Shown here: positions 50,798 to 59,791 of the stretch, one piece after another | How positions within the stretch are numbered: the first letter of the stretch is position 1 | How the letters are laid out: each line of letters starts with the position of its first letter | Assembly (NCBI GenBank): GCA_903835075.1 | Contig: CAILLM010000004.1 | Location: 16,532 to 80,531 of the forward strand | DNA from: Candidatus Staskawiczbacteria bacterium | GTDB lineage: Bacteria > Patescibacteriota > Minisyncoccia > Minisyncoccales > Staskawiczbacteraceae | Direction: 5' to 3' | Length of the DNA stretch: 64,000 nt | Made by a program: the position numbers and the translations under genes | Notes under the pieces: model-generated | Database searches by the model: none | Told to the model about the DNA's origin: nothing | Seen by the model: only the letters and a program-made list of their open reading frames with translations

Positions 50798-52471
50798 TTA
50801 TCGTACCACAGCCGTTGCTTTTGCCACGGCTTTTGGATTGGTGGTAGCAGTAGCGGTAATTGTTGCTTTGCCAACAGATTTTGGCCAAACTCGGCCATCT
50901 GAATCAACATAGGCAATTGCCGGATTGCTAGACGCCCAAATGACGCCCGCAGTGATTGGATATCTTTCCATATCAACTGCGCTGGGGACTAATTGTTGGG
51001 GCGTGCCTGATGTCAATGACAAGTAGAATTTGGTTGGCGACAGTGTGATTGTTTTCAACACGGGCGATGTTCCCGAACCTGTCCTGAAGACATCATCAAA
51101 CAAATAGCCGTTGAGTGATGCTGGTAATCCGCCACCAGAACTCAGTGGAATGTTTATGCTGGCTGGTACCAAATAAGCACGAACTTCTTCTGCATCCACA
51201 TCCGAACCCCCGGTGGTCATGTAGGCGGTCCATGTGCCGCCTTTTTTGATGTCTGTTAACGGAGCAGCAAAGGTGGGTTTTGTCCACCAACCGCCGAAGA
51301 CATTGATGTAAACAGCAATTTTCCAGTTTTTGTAATCAGCACCAATTCCATTAACGATGCCCGAGGCATAGCCCTGGGTACCAAGAGCTGGCGTTTTTTG
51401 GATAACAACATTGATTGGTGATTTCACTGTAAGCGCGGCTGGATCACTTGTTATGCCGTTGGCCGACGCAGTTATATTTGTGGTACCCGGGCTTATGGTT
51501 GTTATTAAACCGGTTGAACTAATTTTCGCAACCGCCGGATTACTGGAAGTCCACGTTAATTTAATGGGTGTAACAATGGTGTTTTGGTTTTGGTCAATTG
51601 CCGACGCAAGGAACTGTTGCTGTTTGTTTGCGCCATAAGATAGCGGTCCAGCAGGGTCGATTTCTATGGTTGTTAAAACCTGGGGACTTACTTGTGAGAC
51701 ACTAACAGAATCAACGCTCATAGACCAAACTTGATATTTTCCGAAGACGAAGCTGGAGTCATATGCATCGGTCCACGAAGAATCGGGAACCCATCCATTG
51801 AAATGGATGTACATAGGGCCCTTTGGTATGGGTGATTGGTTTGTGACTGTTCGCGCCAATATGCCATCAACATACCATGATACTTGGTTGGGTAACCAGA
51901 CAATTTGATATGTATGATATCCTGAAGTGTTGCCACCTGCAGAATATTTAACAAATTGTGGGTTTCCAACTCCGAGCACTTCGTTGCCGTAGGTGTTGGT
52001 GTAGAAGCCTTCCGGGTGGTTTCCCATAAATTCAAAGTCAATTTCATCATGGCGTGTGTCGCTATACGAAACCGGCGGACTGTACAAAAAGAATGCAAAA
52101 ACAGTTCCGCGACGGATAGTGTCCACTTTGAGTCGGGCTGTGATTGTAAGTCCGTTGCCCACAAAGAGCGGGCCGTTGCTGATGAGGTCGGTTCCGTCAA
52201 ACCATGAACCTTCGCTATAACTATAGGAATCGATGGTGATATTTACGGTGCTGTTCCCAACAATTGGTAGATCTCCTGGGGCGGTGTTGAGAAAGGTGCG
52301 TCCAATATAGAAACCCTCATTCAAGCTTGGGATGTGCCAAAAGTTTGTATTGACTACCGGGTATTTTGCCCCGGGAGCGGCTGTGAAGTGGTCGGAGAAA
52401 ATGGTGGTATCCCCGAATACAGTGGTTGTAAGAATTAATGCAATGGCGGTGGCGAAGGCGGTGGTTTTCAT
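50798..52471 (-). CDS. Secreted family 16 glycoside hydrolase (laminarinase/licheninase-like) with two Big_2 Ig-like domains
   Basis: GH16 catalytic motif HDEIDFEFMG. Big_2 patterns LTWTSSNPAVAKISSTGLITTISPGTTNITA and VIWASSNPAIAYVDSDGRVWPKSVGKATITATA. I placed the start at the MKTTAFATAIALILTTTVFG signal peptide (ATG 52471) rather than 52510. Confidence 0.85.
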   Translation of the reverse strand: MKTTAFATAIALILTTTVFGDTTIFSDHFTAAPGAKYPVVNTNFWHIPSLNEGFYIGRTFLNTAPGDLPIVGNSTVNITIDSYSYSEGSWFDGTDLISNGPLFVGNGLTITARLKVDTIRRGTVFAFFLYSPPVSYSDTRHDEIDFEFMGNHPEGFYTNTYGNEVLGVGNPQFVKYSAGGNTSGYHTYQIVWLPNQVSWYVDGILARTVTNQSPIPKGPMYIHFNGWVPDSSWTDAYDSSFVFGKYQVWSMSVDSVSVSQVSPQVLTTIEIDPAGPLSYGANKQQQFLASAIDQNQNTIVTPIKLTWTSSNPAVAKISSTGLITTISPGTTNITASANGITSDPAALTVKSPINVVIQKTPALGTQGYASGIVNGIGADYKNWKIAVYINVFGGWWTKPTFAAPLTDIKKGGTWTAYMTTGGSDVDAEEVRAYLVPASINIPLSSGGGLPASLNGYLFDDVFRTGSGTSPVLKTITLSPTKFYLSLTSGTPQQLVPSAVDMERYPITAGVIWASSNPAIAYVDSDGRVWPKSVGKATITATATTNPKAVAKATAVVR

Positions 52472-52624
52472 AACTGATTTGTGGTGATTTGAGAAAGCCC
52501 TTAGAAGCAAAAACCCTGTACACTCGTGCAGAGAATAATATTATTTCAAGGAGCCTTTTCGTAATTTAACCATATGAGATATTAGCCTTTTTGTCAACAG
52601 GGTATTTTTTAACTATTCTCGGTG

Positions 52625-52633
52625 TGATATAAT
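52625..52633 (+). promoter_or_regulatory. Perfect extended -10 element TGATATAAT, 9 nt before the ATG (leaderless-type arrangement)
   Basis: tgatataat is at 52625-52633 and the ATG at 52643. A possible -35, ttgtca, lies further upstream. Confidence 0.5.
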
Positions 52634-52642
52634 TTATTCATT

Positions 52643-53551
52643 ATGCAAATAAAAAAAATACCAATAGGTTCAATTCTAATAATAACAGCAGCTTTGTTGT
52701 GGGCAGTTGATGGGGTAATTCGCAGGAATTTATATTCATTACCGCCAATTACAATAATTTTCTTTGAGCATTTAATAGGATTAATTATTTTAACGCCTTT
52801 TGTTTTAAAATATGTTTTGAAAGCCAAGCTAACTGCTCGTGAATGGTGGCTGATAATTTTAATTGCAGTTTTGAGTGGGTTGTTAGGCACGCTGTGGTTT
52901 ACAACAGCGCTTTTGAAAGTTTCATTTATTTCTTTCTCAGTTGTATTTTTATTGCAGAAACTTCAGCCAATTTTTGCTGTAAGTACAGCGTCAGTTTTTT
53001 TAAAAGAAAAACTTGATAAAAGATATATGGTTTGGGCAATCTTAGCTATAGTTTCTGCATATTTTGTTACTTTTCCAAATGGCTATATAAATCTTGCAAC
53101 AGGTAGCGGCACAATAATAGCAGCACTTTATGCCTTAGGGGCAGCTTTTGCCTGGGGGACTTCAACAACATTTTCAAAAATGCTTTTAGGAAAAGTGCGT
53201 GCGGAAGTAAGTACTTTTTATAGGTTTTTATTTACAGCTATTATTGCTTTGCCAATTGTAATATTTTTTGGATACCGTGCTAGTTTGTTTGCTGTCACGC
53301 CACTCCAGTTTGGGTTATTTGTTTTGATAGCTGTTTCAACTGGAATGGTGGCATTGGTTATTTATTACAAGGGGCTAGCTAAGACCCCAGTTCATGTTTC
53401 AACAATTTTGGAACTTACTTTTCCATTTGTGGCAATTTTAATAGATATGACGCTGTATCATAATTTTTTAACTGTTTCGCAATGGGTGGCTGCTTGTTTG
53501 CTTATTTTTAGTATTTATAAAATTGCAAAATTAAGAGAAGTACAAATTTAA
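52643..53551 (+). CDS. EamA/DMT-superfamily transporter
   Basis: 10-TM protein made of two duplicated EamA halves (LLWAVDGV..., AFAWGTSTTFSK...). Confidence 0.8.
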   Translation: MQIKKIPIGSILIITAALLWAVDGVIRRNLYSLPPITIIFFEHLIGLIILTPFVLKYVLKAKLTAREWWLIILIAVLSGLLGTLWFTTALLKVSFISFSVVFLLQKLQPIFAVSTASVFLKEKLDKRYMVWAILAIVSAYFVTFPNGYINLATGSGTIIAALYALGAAFAWGTSTTFSKMLLGKVRAEVSTFYRFLFTAIIALPIVIFFGYRASLFAVTPLQFGLFVLIAVSTGMVALVIYYKGLAKTPVHVSTILELTFPFVAILIDMTLYHNFLTVSQWVAACLLIFSIYKIAKLREVQI

Positions 53552-53552
53552 A

Positions 53553-53900
53553 ATGATAAAAATTATTGGCACAGTAGTACGGGGTAAGCAAAAGGGCCGA
53601 CAGCTTGGGTTTCCTACGGCTAATGTTGAAATAAAAAATATAGATTTGGAGCAAGGAATTTATGCGGGCACAATAATTGTTGGCGGGAAAAAACATGGCT
53701 GCGCAGTTTATTATTCGGGAGAAAAATTTATAGAAGCTTTTATTTTTGATTTTTCTGAAGATCTATATGGTAAAGAAGTAATTGTGGAAGTTTTGGAAAA
53801 AATTAGAGATAAGCAAATTTTTGAAACTAAAGCAGAGGCCATAGAACAAATCACAAAAGACACTACGGCGATTAAAGAGCTGTTACGAAAGTTGGGGTAG
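53553..53900 (+). CDS. Monofunctional riboflavin kinase domain protein
   Basis: GTVVRGKQKGRQLGFPTANV and EAFIFDFSEDLYGKEV match the RibF C-terminal kinase domain. No FAD synthetase domain is present. Confidence 0.8.
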   Translation: MIKIIGTVVRGKQKGRQLGFPTANVEIKNIDLEQGIYAGTIIVGGKKHGCAVYYSGEKFIEAFIFDFSEDLYGKEVIVEVLEKIRDKQIFETKAEAIEQITKDTTAIKELLRKLG

Positions 53901-53932
53901 ATATAGTATAAAAAATATGGTAGTATGTTTCT

Positions 53933-55390
53933 ATGGCAGACGATGAGGTAATACTAAAATTTAGCAACGTCTCCTTTGAGTGGGGCCAGAACAAGCCAAT
54001 TTTAAATGAGGCCAGTTTTTCTGTACGCAGAGGTTCAAAAATTACATTAATGGGGCAAAACGGGGCAGGCAAAAGCACAATTTTTAAACTAATAACTGGT
54101 GAGTCCCATCCGGAATCTGGAGCCATTAACTTAAATAAAAATTTAACAACAGCAACTGCTAAACAAGTAATCCCCAGAGAAGACTTAGAATTAACCGTTA
54201 AAGAGTTCTTTGAAAAATGTTTTACCGAAAAAGTATATGACATTGATAAAAAAATAGATGATATTTTAGAAGTAGTAAATTTTACAAGTCCTCACGACAG
54301 ACTCCTCAAAAATCTTTCTGGCGGGCAACAGGCAAGAGTTCTTTTGGCAGGAGCTTTAATACAAAATCCAGATGTGCTTTTATTAGACGAACCTACAAAT
54401 AATTTAGATAAAGCTGGCATAGAGCATTTAACAAAATTTATTCTTGAATATCCAAAAACTTGTATTGTTATTTCTCACGATGCGGATTTTTTAAATACTT
54501 TTACGCAAGGTGTTTTATATTTAGATATTTTTTCAAAAAAAGTTGAACAATATACTGGAGATTATTTTACCGTAGTAGAAGAAATAAAATTGCGCTTAGA
54601 AAGAGAAAGAATGAAAAACGCCAGATTAGAAAAAGATATTTCTCATAGAAAGGAACAGGCAAACTTTTTTGCACAAAAAGGTGGACACCTAAGAGATGTG
54701 TCTTCAAAAATGAGAAAAAAAATAGAAGAATTAGAGGGTGATATAGTTTCTTTGAGAAGGGAAGATAAAACAATAAAAAATTTCTCTATTCCTGCACAAA
54801 AAGATATTGGTGGAGTAATTTTGCAATTAGATTCTGTAGCAGTTTCAAAGAATCATAAATTTATAAATAAAAAAGTAAACATAACTTTAAATAAAAGAGA
54901 AAGGTTGTTGCTAACTGGCCCAAACGGAATTGGCAAAACAACTTTATTGGAGAAGTTAGCTTCTGGACATGCAAAAGGTGAACACATAAAAGCAGGAGTG
55001 AAAATTGGATATTACAGGCAAGATTTTTCTACCTTAGATTTTAATGCAACAGTATATCAAACTCTTATGAAAGCTCAAGATAGTGATGGAACAGAGCAGG
55101 GGCTAAGGGCTCATGCAGCAGGATTTTTACTGGATGCAGAAATATTAAAAGCTAAAATTGGCTCACTTTCTGAGGGGCAAAAAGGCTTGGTTGCTTTTGC
55201 GACAATAGCATTAGAAAAACCAGGGTTACTAATTTTAGACGAGCCAACAAACCATATTAATTTCAGGCACATTCCCGTAATTGCAAAAGCAATAAATAAC
55301 TTTGAGGGAGCTATGATATTGGTAAGTCATGCGAAAGAATTTGTGGACACCATAAAATTTGATTATATTTTAGACTTAGGCTCTTTATAG
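53933..55390 (+). CDS. ABC-F family ATPase (two tandem ABC domains, no TM domain)
   Basis: Walker A motifs GQNGAGKST and GPNGIGKTT, signatures LSGGQQARV and LSEGQKGLV, and a charged inter-domain linker. Confidence 0.88.
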   Translation: MADDEVILKFSNVSFEWGQNKPILNEASFSVRRGSKITLMGQNGAGKSTIFKLITGESHPESGAINLNKNLTTATAKQVIPREDLELTVKEFFEKCFTEKVYDIDKKIDDILEVVNFTSPHDRLLKNLSGGQQARVLLAGALIQNPDVLLLDEPTNNLDKAGIEHLTKFILEYPKTCIVISHDADFLNTFTQGVLYLDIFSKKVEQYTGDYFTVVEEIKLRLERERMKNARLEKDISHRKEQANFFAQKGGHLRDVSSKMRKKIEELEGDIVSLRREDKTIKNFSIPAQKDIGGVILQLDSVAVSKNHKFINKKVNITLNKRERLLLTGPNGIGKTTLLEKLASGHAKGEHIKAGVKIGYYRQDFSTLDFNATVYQTLMKAQDSDGTEQGLRAHAAGFLLDAEILKAKIGSLSEGQKGLVAFATIALEKPGLLILDEPTNHINFRHIPVIAKAINNFEGAMILVSHAKEFVDTIKFDYILDLGSL

Positions 55391-55404
55391 AAAGAGCCTT
55401 TTTT
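55378..55404 (+). terminator. Rho-independent terminator overlapping the ABC-F stop codon
   Basis: aggctcttt-atag-aaagagcct followed by T5. Confidence 0.7.
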
Positions 55405-55405
55405 G

Positions 55406-55414
55406 TGATAGAAT
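55406..55414 (+). promoter_or_regulatory. Extended -10 element TGATAGAAT, 8 nt before the ATG
   Basis: The same 9-mer as at 14950. The ATG is at 55423, implying a leaderless or near-leaderless mRNA. Confidence 0.45.
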
Positions 55415-55422
55415 AATAAAAT

Positions 55423-56274
55423 ATGGATAATTTAGAAAAAAATAAAAATCATAGAAGTATATTGTGTTGGACAGTGTTTATGGCCGTAGTCTTATCAGTC
55501 ACCATATGTCTTCAACTTTATATTTGGACTGCAGAAAGAGAGATAAATTTACAATCTCTTTCTGTTGTTGCACCCGCGCCAAAGCCTATAAAAGTTGAAA
55601 AAAAAGTGTTTGGTTATTCTGTAAAAGGTAATCTAATAGAAGGCTATGAAATAGGATACGGAAAAGAAGCTATTTTGCTAATGGGCGCTATACACGGGAA
55701 TGAGGTTGGTTCAGCGTATTTGCTTAATCGTTTGGTTTCTGAAATAAAATCTAATGTTAAAATTATTTCTAAAAATAAAAGAATAATTATTATTCCTGTT
55801 GTTAATCCAGATGGATATAATATACAGCAAAAATTTAATGCTAATGGAGTTAATTTAAATTTAAATTTTAATACTACGGGTTGGGCAAATTATGGTCCGC
55901 AGGGGACTTATGCTGGGCCAAAACCATTTTCTGAGCCAGAGAGTCAGATTGTTAAAAAAATTGTTGAAAGGTATAGGCCTATTATGATGATTTCTTATCA
56001 CACTGCGGGAGGGATAGTTTCCCCAGAAGAGGGTGGGCCGTCGGCTATTTTAGGAAAATGGTATGCCCAAAAAACTGGTTACGAGTATTATGATGACGCC
56101 GCTGCTGCCGCTGACAATGTAGATTGGAATTTTCCAGGTACCTCTACAATGTGGTTTACGCGAACCACAGGTAAGCCTGCTATCACAGTAGAGCTTAGCC
56201 AAATAGATCAAGGTGATTGGGATATCAACAAAACAGCCCTAATGGGTATTGTTTCTTCAAGTACAAATATTTAA
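55423..56274 (+). CDS. Membrane-anchored M14-family zinc carboxypeptidase-like protein
   Basis: N-terminal TM helix. GAIHGNEVGS (HxxE zinc ligands), PVVNPDGY, ISYHTAGG. Confidence 0.75.
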   Translation: MDNLEKNKNHRSILCWTVFMAVVLSVTICLQLYIWTAEREINLQSLSVVAPAPKPIKVEKKVFGYSVKGNLIEGYEIGYGKEAILLMGAIHGNEVGSAYLLNRLVSEIKSNVKIISKNKRIIIIPVVNPDGYNIQQKFNANGVNLNLNFNTTGWANYGPQGTYAGPKPFSEPESQIVKKIVERYRPIMMISYHTAGGIVSPEEGGPSAILGKWYAQKTGYEYYDDAAAAADNVDWNFPGTSTMWFTRTTGKPAITVELSQIDQGDWDINKTALMGIVSSSTNI

Positions 56275-56320
56275 TTTTTAATGGTTGTATTGTTTTTGTT
56301 AGTTATGATACAATAAAAAT

Positions 56321-56569
56321 ATGACAGCATTAGAAACATCTCAAATTATATTTAATTTAATTGTATCGCTTGCGGTTGTTTTGCTTACCACGCTTGTTAG
56401 CATAATTGCTTACGACATAATTAAATTAAGTAAGTCTCTTAAAAAATTAGTAGAGAGTATCAATAAGGGCTCTTCAGAAATCTATGAAAAGATAAATAAA
56501 TCTTTAGAGGCGCTTTTCAGTTTATCTTTTATAACGAAATTTTTTAACAAAAAGAAAAAAGGTCGCTAA
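56321..56569 (+). CDS. Small membrane protein, function unknown
   Basis: 82 aa with one N-terminal TM helix and a K-rich tail. Confidence 0.45.
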   Translation: MTALETSQIIFNLIVSLAVVLLTTLVSIIAYDIIKLSKSLKKLVESINKGSSEIYEKINKSLEALFSLSFITKFFNKKKKGR

Positions 56570-56663
56570 AAAATCGCTCGGCAACAATCTTTTCTTCGGT
56601 GGTCAGGCACTTCGTGTCTCTGAGACCTTCGAAAAGCTTATTGCCTCGCTTATAAACAAAATT
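56570..56663 (+). repeat. Intergenic repeat element, copy B (same family as 23804-23943)
   Basis: Shares a left end (cgctcggcaacaatcttttcttcg vs cgctcggtaataaacttttttcttcg) and a right end (ttattgcctcgctt) with copy A. Confidence 0.5.
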
Positions 56664-56984
56664 ATGGCAAAAAATAATGGTGCAATAAAAATGTTAGAAG
56701 GAGCAATTGCCGGACTAGCCTTGGGAGTTGCTGCTAGTATGTTTATGTCTTCAAAAAAAGGCAAAGAATTAAAAAATAACATTGCTGACATTTCTGCTGA
56801 CTTTTATAAATATATTTCTCCAAAATTAAAGAAAGCTCAAAAAATGGGGGAGAAGCAGTACAAAGAATTTATGAAAAATTCAGTGGATCAATATGCAAAA
56901 GCAAAGAAACTTACTACAGCTATGACAGATGAATTGGTAAAAGAAGCCCAGCAAACCTGGAAGCACATCGCAAAACACATCTAG
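56664..56984 (+). CDS. YtxH-domain protein
   Basis: LEGAIAGLALGVAASMFMSSKKGKELKN N-terminal helix followed by a long amphipathic helical region. Confidence 0.7.
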   Translation: MAKNNGAIKMLEGAIAGLALGVAASMFMSSKKGKELKNNIADISADFYKYISPKLKKAQKMGEKQYKEFMKNSVDQYAKAKKLTTAMTDELVKEAQQTWKHIAKHI

Positions 56985-56996
56985 TATCTTCAAAAA

Positions 56997-57026
56997 CCGC
57001 CCCGATGTACATCGGGACGGTTTTTT
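56997..57026 (+). terminator. Rho-independent terminator
   Basis: ccgccccgat-gtac-atcgggacgg (one mismatch) followed by T6. Confidence 0.75.
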
Positions 57027-57040
57027 GGTATATTGATTAC

Positions 57041-57709
57041 ATGGAATATCCAATTAGAATTAATAAATATTTAAGAGATAAGGGCTTGGCCTCGCGACGT
57101 GAGTCTGATAAGCTTGTTGAGAGTGGGCTTGTTTTTATTAATGGAAAGCGCGTTGATAATGGAGCAATGGTTGCTGAAACTGATAAAGTAATGGTGAAAG
57201 AGCAAAAAGGCAAAGATAAAAAACAATATGTATATTTGGCATATTATAAGCCAAGAAATTTGCCAACTCAAGATTTGCCAGGTAAAAAAAGCGTAATTAC
57301 AGAATGGAAGCCAAAAGGGCTTTATCCTGTTGGGAGGCTCGACAAAAGCTCAGAAGGTTTATTGTTGCTTACAAATGATGGCAGGTTTGCTAGAGAAGTT
57401 TTAGATACAAGTTCTAAATATGAAAAAGAATACGTAGTCACAGTAAAAGAGCCTTTAAGGATTGGTGTTGTTAGAATTTTTAACGAAGGTGTGGACACAC
57501 AAGCTTTGGGGAAATTATTGCCTGCGAAAGCTCGGATTATAAATCCTTCAAAAATTCAGGTAGTTTTAAATGAGGGGAAACGCCATCAAATAAGGGTTAT
57601 GTTTAACGAATTAAATTATACAATTTCTTCTTTAAAACGGGTTCGCATTGGTGAAATAAAAATAGGAACTTTAAAACCGGGTGAAACTCGCTCAATAAAG
57701 GGTATTTAA
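57041..57709 (+). CDS. RsuA/RluB-family pseudouridine synthase with an S4 domain
   Basis: S4 domain IRINKYLRDKGLASRRESDKLV, catalytic GRLDKSSEGLLLLTNDG, KRHQIRVM. I moved the start to ATG 57041, because the track start at 57005 lies inside the upstream terminator. Confidence 0.85.
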   Translation: MEYPIRINKYLRDKGLASRRESDKLVESGLVFINGKRVDNGAMVAETDKVMVKEQKGKDKKQYVYLAYYKPRNLPTQDLPGKKSVITEWKPKGLYPVGRLDKSSEGLLLLTNDGRFAREVLDTSSKYEKEYVVTVKEPLRIGVVRIFNEGVDTQALGKLLPAKARIINPSKIQVVLNEGKRHQIRVMFNELNYTISSLKRVRIGEIKIGTLKPGETRSIKGI

Positions 57710-59640
57710 TGAATAGAGATAAAATAATTGACTACATCAAAATTTTATCTTTGCCACTTTTCTTGGTGGTTTTATTTGTAATACAGAATGAAGCATTCAA
57801 CTATTGGCTTAATATTTATTCAAAAACTTATTTTTTTAGATTGCTTTGGGTTACTTTTGGATTAGGGGTTGTTTTCTATGGGCCGGTGTTACTTTTTACT
57901 CCTCTGGGCATAGGAAAAAGAAGATACAAATATTGGTATCTTCTTTTAATTTCTTTTTTAATTTCTGCTATTTTTTTAGCGCAATTTTTGTATTATCGTT
58001 ATTCGCAAAGTTTTTTACAATTTTCAGCAATAAAATATTTAGCACAAGCAGATAGTGTCTCAGGCACTGTTAAGGTTTTACTTACGCCAGAGCTTTTATT
58101 ATTTTTTAGCAATACCATTTTAGTTTTAATTGTTTGGTTAATTTTTGCTAGGAAAAAAACTAAAGAATTATCTCTCCCTAATTGGGAAAAAGTAATTATA
58201 ATTTTTGCAATGATGGCGATAGTATTTTTTGGATATAAATATTTATTGTATACAGAGAAAAAAGAGTGGGGAAGCACTAGCAGGCTTTATACAGATGTGT
58301 ATGATTTAAAGGCTTTAGTTGGAAAAATGGGCATCATGAATTTTTTTCTTGAAGACGGATTTAAATATGCATTGCGAAGTAATTTAGTCGGTGAAGCCGA
58401 TAAGACATTTTTAAAAACATTTGAACAAAATAGGATTGCTTCGCGCGTAGATTTACCAAAACCCGCCTTTGCCAAAGGCTTCGGTGAGGCAAAGGGGAAA
58501 AATTTAATAATTATTCAGGTTGAGTCTTTAGAGGATGCTGTTATCAACCAGACAATTGGTGGGCAAGAAATAACACCTAATTTAAATCAGCTAGCACGAC
58601 AAGGTTTATATTTTAATAATTATTATACGCAAGTTGGCCCGGGTAACACAGCTGATGCCGAATTTTCCACAATGAACTCTTTATATCCATTGCCAGATGA
58701 TGTTGTCTTCATAAACTACGCTAAAAATTCTTATAAAGCTTTGCCCAAAATTTTAGTAAATAATGGCTATCAGACTTTTGCCATGCATGGCGATGTACCA
58801 ACATTTTGGAACAGGTCTAATATTTACCCTGGCTTGGGTTATCAAAAAGCATATGGTCTATCTGATTATAAAATTACAACCCCTGTTGGACAGGGGCCTT
58901 CTGCGCTGGGTGACGAAGATTTGTTTTTTCAATCATTGCCAAGGTTGCAAAGTTTCAAACAACCGTTTATGGCAACTTTAATAACAATGAGTTCCCACAC
59001 GCCGTTTATTTTGCCTGAAAATTTGCAAACTCTAAACATTCCCGAAAAAACAAATTTAAACCAAATTCAGTGGGAATATTTACAAAGTATTCATTATACA
59101 GATAAAGCAATTGGTGAGTTTATAGATGGTTTAAAAAAGGACGGGCTTTATGACAATTCGTTAATTTTAATTTGGGGAGACCACGGCAGTTTTACAAATA
59201 TTTCTTCTGTTGTTGGTGAAAATAAAATGTTGCCAGAATTGAGTAACAGCCAGGTGCCGTTAATTATTTTAAATTCTGGTTTTAAAAATCAAATAATGTC
59301 TGAGCCTGCAAGTCATTTAGATATTTATCCCACAATAACAAATTTATTGGGAATTAATCCACCAAAATCAATTTTGGGACAAGATTTATTAAACACAAAA
59401 ACACCTGTTGAGACCCACTTTGAACTTGTTTCTGGTGGTATAGATGCAATTTTAACTCCAACTTTGTCATACGAGTCTGATGAAACAGGATTATTTTTGA
59501 ATGGTTCATGCAAATCTGCAACAACAAAAAAATCTTTACCAATAACTGATTGCCAAAAAATTTACTCTGAACAATCAAATAATATAAAAGCCTCAAACAT
59601 TATTGTTCGTGGCAACTTGCTATCTGCCATCTCTAAATAA
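57709..59640 (+). CDS. LtaS-like sulfatase-family phosphoglycerol/phosphoethanolamine transferase (5 TM plus an extracellular domain)
   Basis: N-terminal polytopic region, then NLIIIQVESL, NTADAEFSTMNSLYP, FAMHG, and SSHTPF motifs typical of LTA-synthase-family enzymes. Confidence 0.8.
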   Translation: MNRDKIIDYIKILSLPLFLVVLFVIQNEAFNYWLNIYSKTYFFRLLWVTFGLGVVFYGPVLLFTPLGIGKRRYKYWYLLLISFLISAIFLAQFLYYRYSQSFLQFSAIKYLAQADSVSGTVKVLLTPELLLFFSNTILVLIVWLIFARKKTKELSLPNWEKVIIIFAMMAIVFFGYKYLLYTEKKEWGSTSRLYTDVYDLKALVGKMGIMNFFLEDGFKYALRSNLVGEADKTFLKTFEQNRIASRVDLPKPAFAKGFGEAKGKNLIIIQVESLEDAVINQTIGGQEITPNLNQLARQGLYFNNYYTQVGPGNTADAEFSTMNSLYPLPDDVVFINYAKNSYKALPKILVNNGYQTFAMHGDVPTFWNRSNIYPGLGYQKAYGLSDYKITTPVGQGPSALGDEDLFFQSLPRLQSFKQPFMATLITMSSHTPFILPENLQTLNIPEKTNLNQIQWEYLQSIHYTDKAIGEFIDGLKKDGLYDNSLILIWGDHGSFTNISSVVGENKMLPELSNSQVPLIILNSGFKNQIMSEPASHLDIYPTITNLLGINPPKSILGQDLLNTKTPVETHFELVSGGIDAILTPTLSYESDETGLFLNGSCKSATTKKSLPITDCQKIYSEQSNNIKASNIIVRGNLLSAISK

Positions 59641-59734
59641 ATAGGATTTTGATATGGCGCCATCTTGGTACTGTTTTTTTCGTTTATAGCGGGAGTGATG
59701 CAGATGTATAGTTTGGAGATGATTGCCTGAAAAA

Positions 59735-59766
59735 TTGACAGTAGGTTCCGGGGGGGGGGGTATTAT
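59735..59766 (+). promoter_or_regulatory. Promoter-like TTGACA ... TATTAT with a G11 homopolymer in a 20-nt spacer
   Basis: ttgaca at 59735-59740, spacer gtaggttcc + G11 (G-run 59750-59760), and tattat at 59761-59766. The ATG is at 59792. Confidence 0.5.
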
Positions 59767-59791
59767 TAGGTAATATAAATTTTTTTTATTA

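Noticed and set aside
51718-52200. 160-aa ORF on the same strand as the GH16 gene but in another frame, plus + strand ORFs at 51411 and 51956
   Set aside because: They overlap the GH16 catalytic domain, whose frame carries the diagnostic EIDFE motif. GC-rich DNA generates long spurious alternative frames.
52472-52510. Upstream extension of the GH16 ORF (MLLRAFSNHHKSV)
   Set aside because: The internal Met at 52471 begins a typical signal peptide (MKTTAFATAIALILTTTVFG), so the extension is probably untranslated. This is uncertain without 5' mapping.
57005-57040. Upstream extension of the pseudouridine synthase ORF
   Set aside because: The extension is encoded by the terminator hairpin of the upstream gene. 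ATG 57041 starts directly at the S4 domain.
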